Of a stretch of DNA of 41,370 nucleotides, positions 37,550 through 41,370 are shown in pieces. The position numbers were made by a program, and so were the translations under genes. Position 1 is the first letter of the stretch. Each line of letters opens with the position of its first letter. The stretch spans positions 3,718-45,087 of the forward strand of contig NW_002060994.1 of assembly GCF_000150275.1 (NCBI RefSeq), written 5' to 3'. The DNA comes from Trichoplax adhaerens. Lineage: Eukaryota; Animalia; Placozoa. Under the pieces are notes generated by a model. It saw only the letters and a program-made list of their open reading frames with translations. It did not search any database and was not told the DNA's origin.

Positions 37550-39094
37550 ATCGCATCGAATAACACTGCCAGAATTAGTAAAAGAGCAATTTTTTAATAA
37601 AGCGTAAATCTCTCCAACTGTAAAACTAATTGTTCACCTTCATATCACTGTACTAGATTCCTCTATAATATATACGTAAAATTTATCGATATATTATCGA
37701 ATAATACTCAGGTATTGAGATTACTCGAAGATGAAACTGACATCAACTAAGTAACAACCAAAGAATTTAATACTGAATAATTACGATTTCAGAATGATCT
37801 GTACGCAACTATACACACTATTTTGTAATCTTTGACTTTCTGCTTGTATAATCTGTAGATTACCGATTATTTCCCCTACGAACATATTTACGTAATTTAT
37901 TGCAAATTTTGGGAACTTGATGATAGTCATGACATGCTAATTACTAAGGAAGATCTGTATAGGTATAACAATCAAAGTTATTATCAAATTTAGGGTGGTT
38001 TGATCCTCTTAAGAACATTTATTGTGTGACATTTTTGTTAATTATCATTTTACCATAGCTCTTTCAAGAAAGATTATAGATAAAATATTCTCTGGTGCCG
38101 TCACAACAATGAAATCCGAAACACTGACTTTTGAAGAATTTGTTTGGTTTTTATTATCGAAGGGGGATAAGAAACATCCAAAGAGGTAGATTTCCTATTG
38201 GAATTAACCAGATCTACTACAGAACTTACTCTGAAGATGATATTTGTATGTAATATCATTATGCTATATTTCGTCTTGTAAACTAGCATTGAGTATTGGT
38301 TCCGATGTATGGATCTTGATGGTGACAAATATTTGTCTACATATGAATTGGAATATTCTTACAGCGAGCAGTACTGCAGAATGGAATCTCTTGATGTGGA
38401 GGCCGTTAAATTTGAAGATTTGCTATGTCAGGTTGACCAATGATTATGCAGTTGCCGCATACAGCATAACCTTAGTCAGGGGTTCTCAGTTGTTCCTGCC
38501 TTGGTTTTGGACAGTTGCAATTGCCAATTATACAGTATAATTATTAGATAGTTTACGCTATAGCAATAAAGTTTATTTATATATTCATATTAATTTGATG
38601 CAGATGATAGACTTAGTGAAGCCCAAAATAGAAAATATTATCACTGTCCAAGATATCAGGGCTTGCGTCCTGGGTCACGTTTTCTTCAACGCCTTTTTAA
38701 ATTTCAGCAAATTTATTGAATATGAGCAACGTGTTCCATTAGCAGATAAAGTACAGTAACAGATCATAATGTTGTTATAGTTACAGTGTCTTTGCAATTG
38801 TAATGTAATTGCTTGTAACTCCTAATAATTACGACATTGACGATAAATTTTCAGATATGACCTTTTGGGAACGTTATGCTATGAATGAATATGAATTACT
38901 CGTAGCCTAAGAGGGAACAGTGGAGGACTAGTACTCTTTGTGAATCTGGAGAATTCTTTTTAGAATTTAAATCCTTTATTGTTACGTTAGTAATTGATTT
39001 AGTCTTAGTTCACTAGTTTTAGATTAAATTTAACTATTGCTCTATCATCAGGTATGAAGAAACTGATACATTCGAAGGACAAGGGGCAGTTTAA
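37550..39094 (+). pseudogene. PPP2R3: Unprocessed (intron-retaining), 5'-truncated pseudogene of PP2A regulatory subunit B'' (PR72/PR130/PPP2R3 family, EF-hand)
   Basis: Exons 37712-37750 (VLRLLEDETDIN*), 37859-37976 ([25 protein letters not shown]), 38059-38185 (IFSGAV...FVWFLLSKGDKKHPK), 38287-38431 (IEYWFRCMDLDGD...FEDLLCQ), 38604-38750 (MIDLVKP...FF...EYEQR) and ~38850-38930 (WERYAMNEYELLVA*E). Two in-frame TAA stops fall at conserved residues. Confidence 0.9.
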
Positions 39095-39218
39095 TGACTT
39101 CTACTTATTGTTGTGAACTTGTAATATTCTTTAAAACAAATTTTCTAAGTGACTGTGTGATTAAAATGTAATGAAATGCAATGTGTAGAGATCAAGCTAC
39201 GAAACTTAAACAAACTTT

Positions 39219-40060
39219 CATTCTACTTTCGTTGCACTCCGGTCGACTTAACGCTAATACTTTGACACCAAATAAAATTTGGGGAAATAACCGAACAACA
39301 ATTTATTTCAAAACAAAAATGGAGAGAAGTATAAACCGAACAACCTTACAAATACTTAGCTTTAAGTATTATTAAAATAAATGACAGACTTAAAAACTGT
39401 CAACGACCAAACAACCTTTCAAAAAGAAGAACGTTTTAACTTACGACAATTCGACCCCGAAGGCCTTTTAAATTCAACAAGCTCTTCAAATAAAATCTTC
39501 TTCTACTCTCCCTCTAAATTTTCTAATTGCACTATCATTTATAGGCTTCGTAGAGCCGTCAAAGGTATTTAAAACTAAATATTTGCTAACCAATCGCTCT
39601 TAAGATCCGTTTTACAAAACTACTTTGCACCATTTAAGAAAACAAAAATCATTCAAAGTTCAGACACAATTTACCCTACGATTCCCTTACAAAACACTAT
39701 AAAAGTAACAAGCTAACTATAAAAATACATCAAACTTCATTTCTAACATAATTTCTATCATTAATACACTACAAAAAGCTAAAAATCAACCTTTAATCAT
39801 CAAGATTTAGTCATAAAAACAACATTCTAACTACCTAACAATCAACACAACCTCTGCCAATTTCCATCTTATTTTCTATTTTTCTCACTAAATCTCCTAA
39901 TGTGACTTCAAGTCACGTCATAAAATTCCAAAGTTTCAAATTGATAACAAAAAGTCCAAATCTCAAAAATCAACTCTTACGATATTTTTCATGAACAAAA
40001 ATCCAAAAATTAAAACAGAAAAATTATAATTCAGACATAAATTAAAAATAAACCCGACCG
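39219..40060 (+). mobile_element. Possible decayed 5' end/ORF1 of a non-LTR retrotransposon
   Basis: Strongly A/C-rich, G-poor strand with broken K/N/T/I-rich frames and no intron signals. No diagnostic motif was recognised. Confidence 0.25.
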
Positions 40061-41370
40061 GTTCCAAAACAGGAAAATTATATCGGACACAAATCCGGAA
40101 AAATTCGCTTTTTATGAAGATCACAGTAATCGCTTATCAAAAAAATTTATATGACTACTACGACTACTTTTCTGACATTCGCCATTAGTATCGCTTAGTA
40201 TTCGCGAGTATTGACAGTTGATGTTTTAGCGTCAGATTGTACTGTAACTGTACGAGTATAGACTACATTACAGTACTTTATCGTCATGTTATAAATCCCC
40301 TTTCTCTAAGGATAGGGTTTTGTTTACAATTGAATAGACGATGAAACGCCCTTTCTTTAGATTAGGCATTTGCTCTATAGGGCTACTTCTATAGTAATCT
40401 ATAGAATACCTTGTAAAATAATGAAGAAGAAAAGATGGCGACATGATGATTTGGCAGGGTAAAACTTAAAGAAACTATCACTTTCTAGGTATTTTGTATA
40501 GTAAAATAATACTAATTACATACTAAAAACTACAAAGAACTCTACTTTTAGTCCTTTTACTACAAAAGGTAGTAAAATTACTAATAAGATTTTTTAAAAT
40601 AAACTTGGTGAACTTTACTTAACTTCCAATAAGCATTGTAGCATATATCCTATTACATTCGCAGTCGTAAATAAGATTTCTGGTAATTTAAAATAATATA
40701 TATTTCAGCTTATTTAGTATCTAGACAGTATGGCATAGCAAATACTGTTTACGTAAATTCTTTAAGCTGCATTTGTAATGCTAGTGACGCGTGTCTTTCT
40801 TACAATCTTACTTATGAAGCCCAACGTTGTAAAATTGCATTTTTGATAGCATTGATAGGGATATCCTGAAATATATTCAATTTTATATTGTGTATAATTT
40901 TGAGTGAACTATGATAGCGAAGATGTTAACTATTGGCTATAGTATTAATAAATTCTTTCGTGTCCAAAAAAGAGATTCTACTCGGAAATCTTTAATAAAT
41001 AAATTAAAGCTAGTGTTAATGTCATACAAATGATTTTGCATTGTATTTATGTATGGATTAGGTACCTTCTGTTTCAACAGTGTAGAATTTGTATTATTTT
41101 TCATTCGAAATTTTAAATTTAACCTTTTGTCCAAACTTGTGATAATATAGCCACGAGAATAATAGAAAAGCTGAACACTTGCAACAATCGTAAAGGTAAA
41201 AAACATTCTATGCCGTGTTTTTCTATCTCGTGATCCCTATAAGACTGTACGTATCACTGATTTACAGCTGATTTATAAAGCATGCCCGCAAGGAAGCGAA
41301 AGTAAAATTCTCAACTATCTCACTTTGAGCGCCATAAATTTGTCGATTCTTATAAAGATACAGCTATGCT

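Noticed and set aside
38101-38540. ORFs 38101-38328 (-) and 38244-38540 (+)
   Set aside because: Off-frame or antisense to the PP2A B'' exons.
40260-41206. Minus-strand 89-aa ORF with a hydrophobic N-terminus and downstream exon-like pieces
   Set aside because: Downstream pieces contain stops and no recognisable domain. It may be a decayed type II membrane gene, but this is unsupported.

Overview
AT-rich eukaryotic genomic DNA with short GT-AG introns and two assembly gaps. The composition, intron sizes and gene content suggest an early-branching animal, plausibly a placozoan (Trichoplax-like); this is inference. The main gene is a ~20-exon Apaf-1-like STAND protein (NB-ARC + WD40-like propellers, + strand, 8812-18350). 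Its predicted first exon is a single 1.4-kb intronless block encoding a ~467-aa helical domain I cannot assign, in place of a CARD. The long first intron appears to hold decayed CARD-like and linker exons. Downstream are a decayed Helitron Pif1 helicase, a head-to-head pair of intronless paralogues of an unknown ~250-270 aa family, and a 26-bp satellite interrupted by Tc1/mariner-type TA-footprints. These are followed by an intron-containing DD34E Tc1 remnant, a Gypsy remnant with integrase before RT (Gmr1-like order) plus an inverted partial copy, and an unprocessed PP2A B'' pseudogene. All translations and alignments were done by eye.
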